In this document: one piece after another, positions 40,056 through 53,478 of the stretch
How positions within the stretch are numbered: position 1 is the stretch's first letter
Layout: each line of letters opens with the position of its first letter
Assembly: GCA_016218045.1 (NCBI GenBank)
Contig: JACRFB010000031.1
Location: 72,908 to 136,907, forward strand
Origin: Ignavibacteriota bacterium
GTDB lineage: Bacteria > Bacteroidota > Ignavibacteria > SZUA-365
DNA: 64,000 nt
Direction of reading: 5' to 3'
The notes under the pieces: model-generated
What the model saw: only the letters and a program-made list of their open reading frames with translations
What the model was told of the DNA's origin: nothing
The model's database searches: none
Position numbers and translations under genes: made by a program

Positions 40056-40707
40056 CACCCTGCTGCACGACGCGTTCTGTCCAGCCGAGGCCGACGGGCA
40101 CCGGGGCGCGCACGACACGGTACTCGGCATCGACATGCTGCGCCGCGCAGTGACGAGCGAAACGCCGTCGAGGGTGGCGCGCGAGGATTTCCGCCGTTCA
40201 GCGGTGCTGGTTCCGTTCGTCTGTCACGACGGACGCTGGCATCTGCTCTTCACGCGGCGCACCGACGAACTCGAGCATCACCGGGGGCAGGTGTCCTTTC
40301 CCGGCGGAGCGTCGGACGGCGGGGAGACGCCGGTTGAAACAGCGCTGCGCGAGGTCCACGAAGAAATCGGGATACCCTCATCCGATATTTCCGTGTTGGG
40401 CGAGATCGACGAAATATGGACGCCGTCACGCTACGTGATCAGTCCGGTGGTCGGCATCATTCGATCACTCGAGCAGCTCGCCCCGAATCCCGCCGAGGTG
40501 TCTCGTGTCTTTACCGCGCCTCTCGCGTTTCTCGCCGACGAGGGGAACGCCGAGATACGCACCGTCCACGTAAACGAATTCACCCGCGACGTGTATTACT
40601 ATCATTACGACAACGAGACCATCTGGGGCGCCACCGCCTTCATCTTTCGGGGACTCGTGCGCAGGATACGCGCGGTGCTGGCCGAGAGCGGGTCGAGGGG
40701 CTATTAA
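40048..40707 (+). CDS. Nudix hydrolase, CoA pyrophosphatase (NudL-like)
   Basis: SAVLVP, HRGQVSFPGG, ALREVHEEIG, NPAEV, IWGATA. Confidence 0.9.
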   Translation: MSDTLLHDAFCPAEADGHRGAHDTVLGIDMLRRAVTSETPSRVAREDFRRSAVLVPFVCHDGRWHLLFTRRTDELEHHRGQVSFPGGASDGGETPVETALREVHEEIGIPSSDISVLGEIDEIWTPSRYVISPVVGIIRSLEQLAPNPAEVSRVFTAPLAFLADEGNAEIRTVHVNEFTRDVYYYHYDNETIWGATAFIFRGLVRRIRAVLAESGSRGY

Positions 40708-40850
40708 TGCAAGACGGGCACGATGTGCCCGTCTTATTCGAGGCGTTCTTCCCGCGGAAGTGCTGAGGAGGTCTTCGATGACACGCATGCGCAAAGAAAC
40801 GCGCTCTTCACACAAAATCCCGGTATGCCCGCCGCTCCGTGCGGGGGAAT

Positions 40851-41306
40851 TTACTCGAGACTTGCAGTGGCTTCGCCCATTGCTGCGTCGCGCTGCTCCC
40901 ACGAGCGCGCGAGATTTCCGCAGTGGCGGGCGACGCGCTCGTTCGAGTCATAGAGGGCGCGGCGTGACACGGCGAAGTGTGCAAGCTCGCTGTCGAAATC
41001 GTACAGCGTGCGTGCCGCCAGGATGCGCATTTCCGCACATTCGTCACTTTTCAGTATGCCGATCAGCGGAATGAGCGCGTAATCGAAGTCGAGGTCGGGG
41101 TACGTTTCCTTCAGTTCCAGTACAAGTTGCACGGTCGAGCAACGGATCTCCGCGCTCGGATCCTGCAGGTTTTTCTCGATGCTGACGCGGATCGTCGCGA
41201 GTTGTTTCTCGGACAGCTGCTTCGGCGGTTCCGGTGACTCGGCGGCTGCAAAGGCAGTCGCGCAGGCAAACACAAGCGCAAGACAAATGGCAACGGCGGT
41301 TTTCAT
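40851..41306 (-). CDS. Small exported HEAT-repeat-like helical protein
   Basis: GAGGAGG SD and signal peptide MKTAVAICLALVFACATAFA; HEAT-like units (LQDPSAEIR, LKSDECAEMRILAA, DSNERVAR). Confidence 0.7.
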   Translation of the reverse strand: MKTAVAICLALVFACATAFAAAESPEPPKQLSEKQLATIRVSIEKNLQDPSAEIRCSTVQLVLELKETYPDLDFDYALIPLIGILKSDECAEMRILAARTLYDFDSELAHFAVSRRALYDSNERVARHCGNLARSWEQRDAAMGEATASLE

Positions 41307-41444
41307 GATATCCTCCTCGGCAGCAAAACGTGAACTTGTTGGGTGAATCACTGCATCGTACGCGGGCCTGTTGCCCGATGTTGCGGCGGCTTTAGGTCAC
41401 AAATTCGTCCCTGTGTTTTTTGATCTGTTAACATCAATACCGGT

Positions 41445-41511
41445 CGTGTCTCCTGTCTTCTCATGCTCGTGTTAGGATTCAGGAGGAAGGAGACAGGAGA
41501 CAGGAGGCACG
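41445..41511. repeat. Short heptamer array (AGGAGAC-like, 41474-41508) with an inverted copy forming a 16-bp stem
   Basis: cgtgtctcctgtcttc (41445-41460) pairs with ggagacaggaggcacg (41496-41511) using two G-T pairs. Confidence 0.65.
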
Positions 41512-41530
41512 GATCTGCCAGTACGTGATA

Positions 41531-41559
41531 TTGATTGCGCATTCGAAAATCCCTATGTT
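41531..41559 (+). promoter_or_regulatory. Putative sigma70 promoter for the HAD-tlpA-DUF6029-rng run
   Basis: TTGATT-N17-TATGTT. Confidence 0.5.
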
Positions 41560-41659
41560 TCATATCTTATTCCGCGCTTGTGTGCCGCCCGCAGAGTGCG
41601 GCGGAGACAACGCGAAGGTGTCAAGAAATGCAGCGCGCAGGCGCGACCCGTCCCCCGCA

Positions 41660-42262
41660 ATGATCCGTGCCATAATTTTCGATCTGGGCAATGTTCTGCT
41701 CCATTTCGACCACCGCCTGATTGCCCGCCGTCTGGAACAGGGGGCGCGTCGGCCGGAAGGGAAGGAGCACGGCGATTTTATCCGGCTGACGGAGGAGTTT
41801 GAGACCGGTGCTGTTTCGCCCGAGGAGTTCCACGCGGCTGTCGTGCGTGCATGGGAACTATCAGGTGCTGTGGATCTCCCGACATTTTCCCGGTTGTGGA
41901 GCGACATCTTCTGGAAAAACGAGGAACTGGTACCTCTGCTCCCGGATCTTGCGCGAAGGCACCGGCTCGTGCTCCTGTCCAACACCAATGTGCTGCACAT
42001 CGAATATGCGCGCGCACGTTTTCCCGAAGTATTTGTCCCATTCCATTCCTGCGTTCTCTCCCATGAAGCCGGCATGCGCAAACCCGATCCGCGAATCTTT
42101 GCGGAGGCCCTGGCGCGCACGGGTGCCGCTCCTGATGAGACGCTGTATTTCGACGATATCAAGTCCTACGTCGATGCCGCCTCGCGGCTCGGCATACGGG
42201 CGCATCAATTTGTATCCACGTCCGGCCTCACGGACACTCTCCGCGCCTACGACATCTGTTAG
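41660..42262 (+). CDS. HAD family phosphatase (YihX-like)
   Basis: IIFDLGNVL, LLSNTN, SHEAGMRKPDPRIF, YFDD. Confidence 0.9.
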   Translation: MIRAIIFDLGNVLLHFDHRLIARRLEQGARRPEGKEHGDFIRLTEEFETGAVSPEEFHAAVVRAWELSGAVDLPTFSRLWSDIFWKNEELVPLLPDLARRHRLVLLSNTNVLHIEYARARFPEVFVPFHSCVLSHEAGMRKPDPRIFAEALARTGAAPDETLYFDDIKSYVDAASRLGIRAHQFVSTSGLTDTLRAYDIC

Positions 42263-42324
42263 GCAAAGCGGGGCCGCGGCGTTTCCCCCTCGATCTTCCA
42301 TCCTTCCCCCATCAGGAAAGTGAC

Positions 42325-42843
42325 ATGACATTCCGCATCGTTTCCCTCCTCCTCCTGCTCGCGGCCGGCGCCGCGGCGCAGGATCTGACCGGCGTGGACT
42401 TCCGTCTGCGCGACATCAACGGCGACGAGCAGTCGCTGCAGCAGGTGCTCGCCGACATGCGCGGCACCGAGGCCACGCCCCGTCAGGGCGCCCTCATCAT
42501 CAGCTTCTGGGCCATGTGGTGCGAGCCCTGCAAGCAGGAGATGAAGGCCCTCAAACCCATGTTCGAGAAATATAAGGACAAGAACGTCCGATATCTCGCC
42601 ATCAACACCGACAATCCCCGCAGTCTCGCGAAAGTGAAGGCCTACTTGTCAGCGCAGGGCTTGCCGTACACGTTCCTGCTCGATCCGAACAGTGAAGTGT
42701 TCAAGAAGCTCAACGGCCAGAGCATGCCGTACTCGTTGATTCTCGACTCGCAGGGCAAGCTCGCCGCCAAACGCGTGGGCTTTATCGCCGGCGATGAAAA
42801 AGAGATCGAGGCCGACGTCGCCAAGCTGGTGGGGCAGTTGTGA
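42325..42843 (+). CDS. Exported TlpA family thiol-disulfide oxidoreductase
   Basis: Signal peptide; SFWAMWCEPCKQEM and cis-Pro motif SMPYS. Confidence 0.9.
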   Translation: MTFRIVSLLLLLAAGAAAQDLTGVDFRLRDINGDEQSLQQVLADMRGTEATPRQGALIISFWAMWCEPCKQEMKALKPMFEKYKDKNVRYLAINTDNPRSLAKVKAYLSAQGLPYTFLLDPNSEVFKKLNGQSMPYSLILDSQGKLAAKRVGFIAGDEKEIEADVAKLVGQL

Positions 42844-44459
42844 GCGCGCGCCGCGCAGCGCTACTGGTTCTCCTTCTCGCCGCCCCCGCCTCCGCACTTG
42901 CCCAGGTGCAGTATTCCGTCGGAAACTTTCTCCGCTACGGAAACGGCACACAGATGATCTCCGGGACGGAGCAGCGCAAGGAGTATCTCGAGAACCAGAC
43001 CAATGTGCGCTTGTTCTGGAACGACTTCACTGTCGGCTTTCAATATCTGTACGACGATCCCCCCGAGTTTGGTCCGCGGTATCAGGGCATACGCAAACGC
43101 TACGTCGAGTATGCCCGTGAAGGGTTGGAACTGCGCGCGGGCGACTTCTTCACGCTCTACGGCAAGGGGCTTTCGATGAATCTGTTCGAGAACCGGGCCA
43201 TCAATTACGACACGGGTCTCGACGGACTGCGCGGGGAGTATCACAACGATTACCTCAACGCGATCATGGCTGTGGGCACGATGCGGTACTACGACCTGCT
43301 CAATTCGGCCTACGTCGAGAATTATGCCGTGAAGAGCGGTTATGTGGAAGTGACTCCCGTCCACATGCTGCGTCTGGGTGCAAGTCTCACGGGCGTGAGC
43401 GGCGAGTCGCCGCGCGGACCGGTCTGGAACGAGATCAACGCCGACATTCTCGGAGCCACGATGGCTCTGCACCTTCTCGGATTTGATCTCTCCGCGGAAT
43501 ATTCCTTCAAGCGTTCGTTCGGCATGCGCCATCAGCTTGCGGGCGACACGCGGTATGACCGCAGCGGCGACGCATGGTACGGCAGTCTCTCGTACACCCA
43601 TGAATCGGGTTTTGGCGCCACCTTCGAGTACAAGAACTACAAGTTCGATCCGGTGAATCCGCTCGAGAAAACCGATGTGAACCGTCCGACGCGTATGCTG
43701 CCCATGCAGAATCCTCCGATCGTGCACAAGGAACACGCCTTCACACTTCTGGTGCGGCGGCCGCACACCATCGATTTCAACGACGAGGTGGGCTGGCAGA
43801 TCGACGCGTTTTACGCCCTCTCCCCGACACTCACCGTCGCGCTCAACGGCGCTGTCGCCTCGCGGCAGAAAAGTTATCTGCAACTGCCCGGCGGCACATT
43901 CCGCACCATCAAAAAGACGAACGACCTCTTCCCCGCGCTCGACGCCGAGTTCTCCCCGTTTTGGGAGGCGTATGCCGAGGTCGAGTGGTATTTCGACGGA
44001 CAATCGTATCTGCGCGCCGCCTTCAACCGCCGCTATGACGCGCCGTACGAGGAAGTGACGCGTGACGCGCATGTGCAGACGAGCACGACAATTCCCGTGC
44101 GTCTCGAACTCATGCTCGACGAGGCCTACAGCGTCGGCATCAGCCTCGAACAGCAGTGGGCGCATGACAATACCTACGCACCCGATGAGCGCTCGTTCTT
44201 CAACGAGTTCGTATCGGTGACACTCTCGCGCGCTCCCACGTGGGCGGTATCGCTGCGCGGCGAATTCACCAACGACGCGAACGATCCCTCGGGCAAAAAA
44301 AGCTGGATCACCGGAGAGTTTTCGTACCGCCTCGGCAATGTCCATACCGCGACCGTGAGTTACGGCACGGAGCGCGGCGGACTCATCTGCTCGAACGGCA
44401 TCTGCCGCGTCGTGCAGCCCTTCGAAGGCGTGCGTTTCCAATTGTTGACGCAGTTGTGA
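42840..44459 (+). CDS. DUF6029-like outer-membrane beta-barrel protein
   Basis: Signal peptide, amphipathic strands, RAGDFFTLYGKGL, EYKNY, NPP and C-terminal RGGLICSNGICRVVQPFEG. Confidence 0.75.
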   Translation: MSARRAALLVLLLAAPASALAQVQYSVGNFLRYGNGTQMISGTEQRKEYLENQTNVRLFWNDFTVGFQYLYDDPPEFGPRYQGIRKRYVEYAREGLELRAGDFFTLYGKGLSMNLFENRAINYDTGLDGLRGEYHNDYLNAIMAVGTMRYYDLLNSAYVENYAVKSGYVEVTPVHMLRLGASLTGVSGESPRGPVWNEINADILGATMALHLLGFDLSAEYSFKRSFGMRHQLAGDTRYDRSGDAWYGSLSYTHESGFGATFEYKNYKFDPVNPLEKTDVNRPTRMLPMQNPPIVHKEHAFTLLVRRPHTIDFNDEVGWQIDAFYALSPTLTVALNGAVASRQKSYLQLPGGTFRTIKKTNDLFPALDAEFSPFWEAYAEVEWYFDGQSYLRAAFNRRYDAPYEEVTRDAHVQTSTTIPVRLELMLDEAYSVGISLEQQWAHDNTYAPDERSFFNEFVSVTLSRAPTWAVSLRGEFTNDANDPSGKKSWITGEFSYRLGNVHTATVSYGTERGGLICSNGICRVVQPFEGVRFQLLTQL

Positions 44460-46018
44460 CCAAGGAAATCATTATCAACGCCACCGACAATCAGCACAGG
44501 ATTGCGATTGTCGAAGAAGGCCGCCTCGCGGAGCTCTTTATCGAGTCCGACGAGCGCGAGCGTATGGTTGGCGACATATACCTCGGGTCCGTGGCGAAAG
44601 TCATGCCCGGCATCCGTGCCTCGTTCGTCGACATCGGTCTCGAGCAGGATGCGTTTCTCCATTTTTCCGACGTGGGTGACAACTTCCACGATTTTGGTGC
44701 GATCACCGGCGACGAAGACGGCGTCGACACCGAGGACGAGGATGAATCCGGCGACGATCGGAAATCCAGTCGCCGCCACCGCGGCATGCGCACGCCGCAG
44801 TTGCAGCGCGGGCAGGACGTGGTGGTGCAGATCTTCAAGGAGCCCGTCGGCACAAAAGGCGTGCGTGTGACGACCGAAGTGTCGTTGCCCGGACGATTCA
44901 TCGTGCTGATGCCCTTCGACGACACCGTCGGCGTCTCGCGAAAAATTCAGAACTTCCGCGAGAAGCGCCGGCTCCGCAAACTCGCGCGTTCGATACTGCC
45001 CCCGGGCTTCGGGGTGATTATCCGCACCGTCGCGGAGGGGCAGAACGAGGACGTATTGCGGGCCGATCTGCAGTCGCTCATTCAGACCTGGCGCCAGGTC
45101 GAGCGGACGATACGGAAATCGAAGGCACCCGCCCTGATACACAAGGACATGAACGCCTCGTCGAGCGCGATCCGCGATCTGTTCTCGTCGGACGTGGCGC
45201 GTGTAGCGACAGACTCGCGCAAGCTGTATCGCGAAATCCGCGCCTATGTGAACCTTGTATCTCCGGCGAAAGTCGACGCCGTCGAACTGTACCGGGGCAA
45301 GGAGCCGATTTTCGACAGCTTCGGTCTCGAAAAACAGATCGCGCAATCGATGCACCGCAAGGTGTGGCTGAAGAGCGGCGGGTATCTCATCTTCGACCGT
45401 GCCGAAGCCATGTCGGTGATTGACGTGAACAGCGGACGCTACGCGGCGAAAGCCGAGCAGGAACTCAATTCGTTGCGCACGAATCTCGAGGCCGTGCATG
45501 AGATCGCGCGACAGGTGCGTCTGCGCGACATCGGCGGCATCATCGTGATCGATTTTATCGACATGCTCAACGACGAGAACAACCGGCGCGTCTTCGACGA
45601 GATGCGCCGCGAGATGCGCCGCGACCGCGCGAAGTTCACCATCCTGCCGCTGTCGGAGTTCGGCATCATGCAGATCACGCGGCAGCGTGTGCGCGAAAGT
45701 GTGCAGGTGTCGGTCAGTGAAACGTGTCCGACCTGCCAGGGCACCGGGCGTGTGCAGTCGAAGACCTCGATGCTGACCGAGATTGAGCGGTGGCTGAAAC
45801 GTTTCAGGGTCGATTCGCGCGAACTGCGGCTGACGCTCATCGTTCATCCCACCATGGCGGCGTATCTCACCGAAGGCACGCTCTCGGTGTTGAACCGTCT
45901 GATGCTGCGCCATTTCCTGCGCATCACCATCACGCCCGACGCGACGCTCCCCATCGACGAGTTCCGTTTTCTCTCGCGGAAACGCAACGCCGACATCACC
46001 TCGCAGTACCGCACATAA
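44456..46018 (+). CDS. rng: Rne/Rng family ribonuclease (RNase G-length)
   Basis: KEIIINA, GDIYLG, AFLHFSD, KEPVGTKG, IDVNSG, QVRLRDIGGIIVIDFIDM, CPTCQGTG; GTG start overlaps the upstream stop. Confidence 0.92.
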   Translation: MTKEIIINATDNQHRIAIVEEGRLAELFIESDERERMVGDIYLGSVAKVMPGIRASFVDIGLEQDAFLHFSDVGDNFHDFGAITGDEDGVDTEDEDESGDDRKSSRRHRGMRTPQLQRGQDVVVQIFKEPVGTKGVRVTTEVSLPGRFIVLMPFDDTVGVSRKIQNFREKRRLRKLARSILPPGFGVIIRTVAEGQNEDVLRADLQSLIQTWRQVERTIRKSKAPALIHKDMNASSSAIRDLFSSDVARVATDSRKLYREIRAYVNLVSPAKVDAVELYRGKEPIFDSFGLEKQIAQSMHRKVWLKSGGYLIFDRAEAMSVIDVNSGRYAAKAEQELNSLRTNLEAVHEIARQVRLRDIGGIIVIDFIDMLNDENNRRVFDEMRREMRRDRAKFTILPLSEFGIMQITRQRVRESVQVSVSETCPTCQGTGRVQSKTSMLTEIERWLKRFRVDSRELRLTLIVHPTMAAYLTEGTLSVLNRLMLRHFLRITITPDATLPIDEFRFLSRKRNADITSQYRT

Positions 46019-46055
46019 CTCCGTCCCGAGACGGAGCCGGGGTCCGCGCGCGGCA

Positions 46056-46084
46056 TTGAACCGCGCGCGGATTTTCGGTATATT
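46056..46084 (+). promoter_or_regulatory. Putative sigma70 promoter for the dnaN operon
   Basis: TTGAAC-N17-TATATT, ~105 nt upstream of dnaN. Confidence 0.65.
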
Positions 46085-46189
46085 TCAACGATACATCGGA
46101 ATGCCCTTTTGCCCCTCTCCCGCGCAGCGGAAAGGGGGAAACGAGCGCCGCCGCTCGGCGGTTTATCGCGACCACATCCGGAGGAGCCC

Positions 46190-47317
46190 ATGAAATTCTC
46201 GGTAATCAGCAATGACCTCAGCAAGGCGCTGGCCAAGATCATCAGCGTCGTGCCCGCGAAGTCGACCCTCCCCATATTGGAGAACGTGCTGTTCGAACTC
46301 ACGGGCAACGACCTGCGGCTGACGGCGAGCGATCTCGAGATCACGATGCGCGTGACCCTGCCCGTGAACGGCATGAAGGACGGCGTGCTTGCGATTCCCG
46401 CGAAAAAGCTCAACGAGGCGTTGCGCGCGCTGACGTCGGTGGACGTGACCGTGCAGGCCGACCTCTCGACGAACCGCGTCCTGCTGAAAACCGAACAGGG
46501 CGAATACCGGATGGCCGGCGAGTCCGCCGCCAACTTCCCCGAGCCCGAGAGCGTGGCCGAGGATTTCGGCTTCGAACTCGACGCGTCGCTGCTGCGCGCG
46601 ATCATCGGCAAGACGGCGTTTGCCGTCAGCACCGACGACCTGCGTCCCTCGATGATGGGTGTGTTGTTCCAGTGGAAGAACGGCGAGTTCCGCGCCGTGG
46701 CCACCGACGGACACCGCCTTGTGCGCATCAAACACACCGGCGCACTCGCGGCGGTGAACACCGGCGGCGAACGCGAGCTGATCATCCCCTCGAAGGCCCT
46801 GACGCTGGTGCTGCGGTCGATAGACGCGGGCACCGTGTCGCTCGTCTTCGGCAAGACCAATGTGCGCTTCACCCTCGCCGACGTGCAGCTTGTGAGCCGC
46901 ATCATCGACGAGCGCTACCCGAATTACGAGAGTGTCATCCCTCTCGAGAACGACAAGCTTCTCGAGGTTAACCGCACGGCGATGATCGCGGCCGTGCACC
47001 GCTGCTCCATCTTCTCGAACGCGGTGACGAATCAGATCCGTTTCTCGATCACGAAAGACATGGTGCGCGTCTTCGCCGAGGACGTGGATTTCGGCGGCGA
47101 GGCGCGCGAGACCGTGGCCTCGACATTCAGCGCCGACGAGGATCTCGACGTCGGCTTCAACGCAAAATACATCTCCGAGGCGCTGTCCCATCTCGAAAGC
47201 GACGACGTGACCTTCCGGTTCAGCTCCGCGACGCGGGCGGGACTGCTCGCCCCGACGACGCAGCCGGAGGATCTCGACATCCTGATGCTGGTGATGCCGC
47301 TGCGCCTCAACGCGTAA
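46190..47317 (+). CDS. dnaN: DNA polymerase III beta sliding clamp
   Basis: GGAGGAG SD; MKFSV, TLPILEN, ASDLE, VATDGHRL, YPNYESVIP, GFNAKY, LVMPLR. Confidence 0.96.
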   Translation: MKFSVISNDLSKALAKIISVVPAKSTLPILENVLFELTGNDLRLTASDLEITMRVTLPVNGMKDGVLAIPAKKLNEALRALTSVDVTVQADLSTNRVLLKTEQGEYRMAGESAANFPEPESVAEDFGFELDASLLRAIIGKTAFAVSTDDLRPSMMGVLFQWKNGEFRAVATDGHRLVRIKHTGALAAVNTGGERELIIPSKALTLVLRSIDAGTVSLVFGKTNVRFTLADVQLVSRIIDERYPNYESVIPLENDKLLEVNRTAMIAAVHRCSIFSNAVTNQIRFSITKDMVRVFAEDVDFGGEARETVASTFSADEDLDVGFNAKYISEALSHLESDDVTFRFSSATRAGLLAPTTQPEDLDILMLVMPLRLNA

Positions 47318-47319
47318 TC

Positions 47320-48447
47320 ATGATCCTGACTCATCTCCGCATCCAGAACATCCGGAACCACTGGCAGAGCGAACTGGAATGTCCCCCGGGCATCATTCTG
47401 CTGTGGGGTGAAAATGGCGCGGGAAAAACGACAGTGCTCGAGGCGGTGTCGCTGCTCTGCACGACGCGGAGTTTTGTGACCACGGCCGACCGCACGCTGC
47501 TTCGGCGCGGCGAGGAGTCGATGCGCGCGGACGGTGTATTCCACAGCGATTCCGGCGTGCGCCACACCGTGGGCGTGCAGGTGGCGATGCGCAAGAAAAT
47601 CGAGCTCGACAACGCACCGCTCGAAGCCGCGGCTGATCTCATCGGACGATTCCCCGTCGTGACTCTTTCGCCGCAGCACCGGGCGATCACCGCAGGCGGC
47701 CCCGCCGAACGGCGGTCGTTTATGGACTTTGTCGTCTCGCAGGTAAGCCGCCAATACCTGCTGGATCTCATCGAGTACCGGCGCATACTTCGTCATCGAA
47801 ACGCGCTGCTCTCCGACCACGGACATCGCGTACACGCGCTTCGCGCGCAGCTCGAGGCATGGGATACGACGCTCTCGGAGTGCGCGGTGCGCATCACACG
47901 ACGGCGCAGGGCGTTTGTTGTCGAATACGACCCCTATTTCCGGCGCGCGATGTCGGACGTGGTCGAAGACCGCGAACTGCCCGCCTTCCGGTATGTGCAG
48001 AGCGCCGTTGTGGACATGGACGCGGGCGACGCGGCCGAACAATTCCGCGCGGCTCTGGGACACGCGCTCGAGCGCGACGCCCATCGCGGCGTGACGTCGG
48101 TGGGTCCGCACCGCGACGATCTCGAGATAACACTCAACGGCATGGATGTGCGCGCGCACGCCTCACAGGGCCAGCACAAGACCCTGCTCATCGCCCTCAA
48201 GGCGGGGGAGTGGTTCTTTCTGAACGATCACCTCGACGAGCGTCCGATGTTCCTGCTCGACGACGTGTTCAGCGAACTCGACGACACGCGGCTGCGCCGC
48301 ATCCTTGCGGTGATACCGCGCCTCGGGCAGACCTTCATCACCACCGCCAACCACGCGATACTCGATGCGCTGCCGGGTCTGCCCGACGAGCGCGCTCTGT
48401 ATCGTGTGAGTGACGGCGGCGTCCACGCGCACGCGGAGGCCGCATGA
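47320..48447 (+). CDS. recF: DNA replication/repair protein RecF
   Basis: GENGAGKT, GGPAERRSFMD, GPHRDDL, SQGQHK, LLDDVFSELD. Confidence 0.95.
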   Translation: MILTHLRIQNIRNHWQSELECPPGIILLWGENGAGKTTVLEAVSLLCTTRSFVTTADRTLLRRGEESMRADGVFHSDSGVRHTVGVQVAMRKKIELDNAPLEAAADLIGRFPVVTLSPQHRAITAGGPAERRSFMDFVVSQVSRQYLLDLIEYRRILRHRNALLSDHGHRVHALRAQLEAWDTTLSECAVRITRRRRAFVVEYDPYFRRAMSDVVEDRELPAFRYVQSAVVDMDAGDAAEQFRAALGHALERDAHRGVTSVGPHRDDLEITLNGMDVRAHASQGQHKTLLIALKAGEWFFLNDHLDERPMFLLDDVFSELDDTRLRRILAVIPRLGQTFITTANHAILDALPGLPDERALYRVSDGGVHAHAEAA

Positions 48448-48733
48448 GACCGCTTGGTGGCATTACGCCGTTCCATGGCGCACTCCGCGACGCCTTGAAG
48501 GAATACGGCATGGAGCGCAAGGTGCGGGAGCACGAGCTGCTTGTGCGCTGGAGCGAACTTGCCGGCGCGGCGGTGGCGAAACACGCGACACCGACACGGT
48601 TCAAGGACGGCGTGTTGCACTTGCACGTGCCCGACGCCGCGTGGAGGCAGGAACTGTCGCTGCGCCGCGACGAACTCCGGAAAAAACTGAACGAGGCCCT
48701 GCACGAGGACCTTGTCGTGGACGTTGTGGTGCG

Positions 48734-48737
<4 letters not shown>
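48444..48737 (+). CDS. DUF721/DciA family protein
   Basis: W..LAG..VAKHA.P, GVLHLHVPDAAWRQEL; canonical position after recF. Confidence 0.85.
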
Positions 48738-52151
<3,414 letters not shown>

Positions 52152-52227
52152 CTCTTTTTTTCCGTCGCGTGTTGTAACGGAAAACGCGCCCTCCGCGCGG
52201 AACCCCACACCCTGAGAGCATCGCCCC

Positions 52228-53478
52228 GTGGAATCGCGACTCCATTCACTTCTGCACGATTACTTCCTCGACATGGATGCCCGCATCGCGCGCATCCTCG
52301 GCGACACGACGCTCAGCGACGAGCAGAAGTCGGCGCTGCGCGAGGTTGTGACCGACGCGGTGACGGAGACGATCGCCTTCGTGAAAAAGGGCAAGACTGT
52401 GCACGAACGATTCGTGCAGCATGTGGTGATGCACGCGGTGGACGCGATCATCGGCGTCGAAAATGGCGAACGCATCTTCTTCTGGAACCGCGGCGCGGAG
52501 GCCACATTTGGCTACACGCAGGATGAGGTTCTCGACCGCACGGTCGAATTCCTCTGGCCCGCCGACGCGCGGCGGAACGAAAACGCGCTGCTGCGCGAGC
52601 GCATTCTGCGGGACGGATTTGTGCGCGACCATCACACCCAGCTCGTGACGCGCGACGGGCGCGCTGTGATGGCGAGCATGTCGGTGACGCTGCTGCGCGA
52701 CGAGGCCGACGAGATACTCGGCACCATCGCCATCATCCGCGACATGACCGAAATGCGGCAGCTCGAGCGCCAGGTGATTCAGAACGAGAAGCTCGCGCTG
52801 CTCGGGCAGATCGCCGCCGGCATCGCGCACGAGATGGGCACCCCGCTCAACATCATCTCGGGCGTTGCCGAGGTGCTGCTGCTCGACAGGCCCGCCGGAC
52901 ATTCCGAGCGCGAGGACCTCGAGACGATCATCGGCCAGACCGACCGCATCGCGAACCTGATCCGCGAACTGCTCGCCTTTGCGCGTCCGCAACCACTGCG
53001 TTTCGAACGCATCGAGATGGGCCTTGAACTGCTGCGCGCAGTCTCGCTGCTGCGCGGCAAGGCCGAGAAACTTGACGTCGCGATCACCGTGGACGTTCCG
53101 GCCGGGCTGCCCCAGCTTCGCGCGGATCCGCACCACATGCAGCAGGTGTTTCTGAACCTGCTCGTGAACGCGATAGACGCCCTGGCGACTGTCGAGGACG
53201 GCCGCGCGCGGCGGATCGGCATTGAGGCGCGGTCCGACGAAAAGGAGATCCGCATCCGTATATCCGATACAGGCCCGGGCATGAAACCCGAACTGCTCGC
53301 CCGTGTGTTCGATCCCTTTGTCACGACGAAGGACGTGGGGAAGGGCACGGGGCTCGGCCTCGCTGTGTGCCGCCGCATCGTCGAGGAGCACGGGGGAAGC
53401 ATCACGGCCGAATCGACACCCGGCGAGGGATCGGTGTTCACCGTCGTGTTCGCCCTGCGGAGGTTGGAGGAGACATGA
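52228..53478 (+). CDS. Cytoplasmic PAS-domain sensor histidine kinase (NtrB/AtoS-like)
   Basis: PAS (WNRGAEATFGY), H-box AHEMGTPL, NLLVNA, DTGPG, FDPFVTTK, GTGLGL; no TM segments. Confidence 0.92.
   Translation: MESRLHSLLHDYFLDMDARIARILGDTTLSDEQKSALREVVTDAVTETIAFVKKGKTVHERFVQHVVMHAVDAIIGVENGERIFFWNRGAEATFGYTQDEVLDRTVEFLWPADARRNENALLRERILRDGFVRDHHTQLVTRDGRAVMASMSVTLLRDEADEILGTIAIIRDMTEMRQLERQVIQNEKLALLGQIAAGIAHEMGTPLNIISGVAEVLLLDRPAGHSEREDLETIIGQTDRIANLIRELLAFARPQPLRFERIEMGLELLRAVSLLRGKAEKLDVAITVDVPAGLPQLRADPHHMQQVFLNLLVNAIDALATVEDGRARRIGIEARSDEKEIRIRISDTGPGMKPELLARVFDPFVTTKDVGKGTGLGLAVCRRIVEEHGGSITAESTPGEGSVFTVVFALRRLEET

Noticed and set aside
41503..41521. Sigma54 promoter-like TGGCAGATCCGTGC on the minus strand
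   Set aside because: GG-GC spacing is 9 nt rather than the required 10.
42835..44459. Identical CAGTTGTGA ends of tlpA and the DUF6029-like gene as a target-site duplication
   Set aside because: Only 9 bp and explained by GTGA stop/start overlaps; no mobility gene.
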